Assembly (NCBI GenBank): GCA_965235115.1
Contig: OZ249440.1
Location: forward strand, 7,006,001 to 7,070,000
Source of the DNA: Laetmonice hystrix
Lineage: Eukaryota
Reading direction: 5' to 3'
Length of the DNA: 64,000 nucleotides
The notes beneath the pieces were generated by a model. The model saw nothing but the letters and a program-made list of their open reading frames with translations. It did not search any database and was not told the DNA's origin. The translations under genes were made by a program, and so were the position numbers. This document shows positions 59,319 to 64,000 of the stretch, in pieces; position 1 is the first letter of the stretch; each line of letters starts with the position of its first letter.

Positions 59319-61677
59319 CAACCTCATCTTGTCCTAAAGTGAGTGTCCTATACCTGATGATGGAAACTCTGGCGGAAATGTTCTGTCTCCATGATTTATG
59401 ATGTCGAAGGTGTAAGTATCTCTCTCTTTCTCTCTTAGAGAACACATGTTTATAAAGTGACGTAAACAGTAAGTCTGTCAAACTAGCATTTCAAAATGGC
59501 CCGGTTTGTTTATATGTTCTATTTGTTCTATGACCATCAATTATATGGAGAATGCCTTTGATGTCATTAAAGGATTGCAATCTGAAGGAGAGCTATCTTT
59601 ATTTTCCGAATTTCCAGAATGCATTTTTCTTTCCGTAAGTTTCGCATGAAAGTAGAGTCCGATATAATCTTCTTTATGATGTACATTAATCTGGGCCCTG
59701 CTCCCTGCGTTTTGGAGATGATATAATCTCATTAGTCATAAGGGCAAGCTTAATGGTTCTCTAGATATCTAGTATTAACTGTTTAAACACTTATGACACA
59801 CTGTAATCTCGTTAGTGCGCCCCCGCCGCCCAATAACAAAAGTCTTTATTAATGTTGTCTCTAAAATCATGATATAGACCAATACTGTTGGTAAGATCAT
59901 TATTTCATTAGACTACATTCTACAACAAAAGGGGATTGAAATACTTCAGTACCAGTCGCAGAGCGCAATATCAAATGTTTTTAGCAATATATAGTGTCCT
60001 CGGACCACTCGAAAGTACCAACCCGCCCAGTTCCAGAGGACTTAACCTATCCCATGCAAGTACATTAGGCAAGTTAAGTAAGTGGCGCAGCGTTCACCTG
60101 TCTGCCGAGCTCAGATGTCTCGCGGGATTCTATTGGCTATTTGCCACCCGGAGATGCCGGTCGCTAGGGGGCGGTTGGGAGGTCTCCTTTCCCGAGTTTA
60201 TTCCCCGTACGATGGCCACCAAGTTAATATAGCCAGGCTCACAACTCTGAAGAGGCTGTTATTGATTCAGGTGCCAAAATGCACGAGGGATGAGGCCGAA
60301 GTCGTTTTCCAAAGGCTGGTCATTCGATATTGCCTTCCTCTTGGCTGTTCCTTCTTTTAGTGGCCACTTGGAGTACAAGTCTCAAAGGTCTGAGCGTTTT
60401 ATGTCCAATATATTGTCCACGACAGAACATTAACCGAGTAGGCTTCTTACAAAACATCAATAGGATAACACTCTCATATGAAAAGGTTTTTAAAAATAAA
60501 GTTTTGATGTCTGACTATTTTAACGTCAAACTACGATTAGCTTTATTGGTATTCCTGGGAGACATATTTATAGATGGGCCGTAGTAAACATAAAAAAACA
60601 CATGAAATCTCTCCGGGGATATCTTAGGCTCTGTTATATGTTATTTCATGATTCCAATATCTCAAATTCCACTTGAATTTTGCTTAGGTTTCCTACCACC
60701 TAAATGTCTGGGAAAGTTGTTTCATCGTGTAGACAATATCTACAGTGTTGTTCAATTTTTGCTCGCCATTGGTTTATCCAATGTTTCTATTGAGAGTAAA
60801 GAGGTGTCACTGTTGAATATACAAGCCACTGGAGGCCTGAATTTATTGAAGTAAAAGAATGTAAGATTGTATAATTTGATATATGCTAGATGTTTCTCAT
60901 ATATATATTATATGAGAAACATGTCTTGGTAAGCTTTTAAGAAGAGATATTTGATAGACAGGCGATGTTCTGACGTACGATTGGACCACGTGGTTTCCCC
61001 GAGGAGAACAAGTAGACCAGATGAGACTTGAGGCCCTCGTCCTTTGAGGGTTCTTCTAAGTAATTGGTAACAAAGACAAATGGCAGCGGACATAAGAAAT
61101 GTCCCATTTATATGTCCATGGCCACGAGGGATGGATCCACTTTGCTCAGTCAGCGATCAAATCTTATTATCGTATTCCATGCATAACAATCAAAGAGGGC
61201 CCCCGTCTCAAAGCTTGTATCGCCAATTAGCTCATTGCAAACGTTCAGATTAAGGTGCCGGATCCTAACAACTCGACTGGCGTCTGAGCGGCGATAGATA
61301 CATGTTTGATTCCACTACCCTTGCTTTATATACTCTAATGCTTGATATCCTTTGTGGGATGATTTAGAAGACCTCACCCTTAAACTTCCCATTATGTCTG
61401 AAGGCAGTTTCTATGACTATCCGCCGGTAGGAATGGAAAACATAGCCAGGGGTATTTTCCCTTTTCTTTTACCAACCTCGGCGGCAAGGCCGAAATGACG
61501 TATGGTGGTTTTATGGATTAGGAGGTCATCACCTATGGCAGACTAATCGATACGACACTCTTTTTAAACACACGCTCCAGTGCCGTTTGGAGGCCGCTTT
61601 GATATTACCAGCCATTAAAAGGTCTTTATTGACATTCATATCGGGCTGAAAATGAGGTATCACCATAAGACCTTTGT

Positions 61678-61870
61678 GGGGGGGGGGGGGGGCTACCAGT
61701 GGGTGCAGGGGCGGTTGGTCGCTCGAGTCAGTTGATGGAGGGGGGGGGGCTACCAGTGGGTGCAGGGGCGGTTGGTCGCTCGAGTAAGTTGATGGAGGGG
61801 GGGGGGGGGGCTACCAGTGGGTGCAGGGGCGGTTGGTCGCTCGAGTCAGTTGATGGAGGGGGGGGGGGGG
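61678..61870 (+). repeat. ~60-bp unit x3 with poly-G linkers
   Basis: (G)n-ctaccagtgggtgcaggggcggttggtcgctcgagtcagttgatgga repeated three times. Confidence 0.9.
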
Positions 61871-64000
61871 TCGCTGCCTTAACTCAAGCCGAGTTTACAA
61901 ACTTAGAGGAAAGTCTCTGTTGATACGTACGTCACGTTCGTTCTTGTCTATTTCGTCGTCTGCCGCGCGCCTTGCGTCATAACCTTGTGCACCTAGAAAG
62001 ACGTCGTTGCCATGTCGCCGCTTTTACACGTACCATTTTACTGCCAATGCTCTACTGAGACACACGCTGGTGTGTCGTATCTGACAGGCGGCGACTCGAT
62101 TCCCGCTAAACGGCCATTCTGTGCATTGACCGCCGATCTAATTCAATGGCTCCTCGCGGCGGGCCAGCAGACGACATTCAGTACACATTTGTACATTTCT
62201 CACGATTACGCGCCAATCTACATGAGAAAACGACGCCGTACCGCGGGCCGACTGCCACAATCCCATGCCGAGCACTATTAAAGCGCCAATGCTCCGACAT
62301 TGTCCAGAGACGAGAGAGAGTCGAAATAAATGCTAGAAGCGTCATGCATACGACGCTTGTCTCAAGACGCTTGCCCGCTCACTGATCCGTGTAACAGTTT
62401 AATGGCGCCGACACTAGTGGGATTAGCGGGCAGACCGTAAATATGTGCACTCGGAATACCATGTGGACAGAAGGGTTCGACAGCCGTTTTACGGTATAGA
62501 TCGTGAGGGTTACCAAAGATGGCTTCATTATGTCCGAGAACGACACAGAACGGAACCAAGACAATCTGGCCGGATGTTACTGATGTATGCCACCCACCCG
62601 CTTCCTCCCTCAAGTGAACAACGCCCAAGTTCTATACAATAAACGTCGTCGACGGCACTCGTCTCAATGCTACCACCTCCCAAATGGATGTATAAATACG
62701 GGTATGAATACGGGAGAGCACTGACGATAAAAGATTCATTCGAGACAGAGATAATAATTTGGAAACAACAGGAGACGAACTAACGATTATCTGAATGTAT
62801 GATTCTCAACACTAAGCTCCGTGGATGGAGCTACTTCAGCGTGTAGTGGAAAGGTTCTGACTATGAAACCTTGAACGTTTTCATGCCCTGAACTAGCCAT
62901 TAAACGGGAGCAGTTAGTGACCAATGGTATTGGGATTACCATTGTGCTGGCGCCGAGCGGTTTCCAGGACACTCACGTGCGTCAGTAGACTGGGATAGCA
63001 TTGTAACTAAGGAGATCCAACTGAGCAGTCCATCCCCAAGTGGCTAGCTTACACAGGGTCCTAATTATGACCGGTCACCGGGGTCAAGTTAAGATAGAGG
63101 GAGAATGCCCATGTAAATTACCGACAATCTGCATGCCATGCCACCGTTCATCATGCCCATTAAACAAGCAGCTGACGTACCCTGGGCAGCAGTTAGGTCG
63201 TTAGGCTGGCCGCTGATCGTGACTGGGCAGTGGGCAGTAAGGCAGGTCTGTGATGCCGGGCGCCGGGCGGTCAACTGGACTGGTGACCGGCAGTTAGACG
63301 AGCCGCTTTCACTTAACCTTGTGCTATTAACTCGGCACAGCTCGCAGGAATGAATCCTGGCCTCGGGAAGCCATACACCCCACGGCCGCCCCACCCACAA
63401 CGCCCCGGAACTGATCGTGTAAATGAAGCCATTCAGCTATGGAAGCGTGGACAGATATATGTAACCTAACCATTTCTATTCAACAGACCCTGGTCATTTC
63501 AGACAAGTTGACTGCATCCATATCTATCAACACTCTGATAGAGATCAGGGACGACAACTTTATAAAGGGAAGCAAAGTTCGGGGCGAGGGGTAAAAGGTA
63601 TATACATGGACAATATACACAGTTTACTCCTTACTGATCTGAAAATCACAGCTTGGCCTCCCACCAAGGTGTGGATTCGATATTACCGTTTTTATGGACC
63701 TCTCAGGGGGAAATAATGTGCAATACATGACGGAGATATGACATTTAGCTTGTCTTATGTATTTGGAGTATAAGTTACCCGCAAGCGGAAATGGACGCTC
63801 CAAACGGACTGCTAGAGTTTGTGAGGGCCACCGTCAGAGCACAGGACTCCTATGGTAGTAGTATATGGAAGTAGTCGTTTGCTGCAGGCAATCATACCTC
63901 GTGACTACTTGAAGTAGGTCACGAACGTGCGGCTTAAGGCTTTGACTTGAGCCCCTTCGATTGACTCCGGATAGAACGGTCACATGGTTTATCCTGTGGC

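Overview
Eukaryotic DNA from an invertebrate bilaterian animal; the exact taxon cannot be determined from the sequence. (1) Bases 1-~3600 hold the 5' half of a BEL/Pao LTR retrotransposon on the minus strand. Its gag-protease-RT-RNaseH ORF (ATG at 3137) is uninterrupted and runs off the left edge, which is why the ORF track omits it. (2) Bases ~5800/6902-16832 hold a plus-strand HECTD2 orthologue (HECT E3 ubiquitin ligase). I assembled 19 exons by hand into 792 codons plus stop. The gene has a U12-type minor intron, candidate microexons, two intronic Harbinger-type MITEs and two intronic minisatellites. (3) In ~17-64 kb I recognise no coding exon. This region has GC-rich islands with about 14 CTCF-like motifs in an ordered orientation pattern, six minisatellites, several MITE-like elements and a perfect 46-bp palindrome flanked by a 9-bp direct repeat. 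Outside the HECTD2 exons, the ORFs in the supplied track look like repeat-derived, antisense-shadow or chance ORFs. There is no CRISPR array, rRNA or tRNA. I found no clearly new biological system; the best leads are the CTCF-motif architecture, the microexon candidates and the palindromic mini-insertion.
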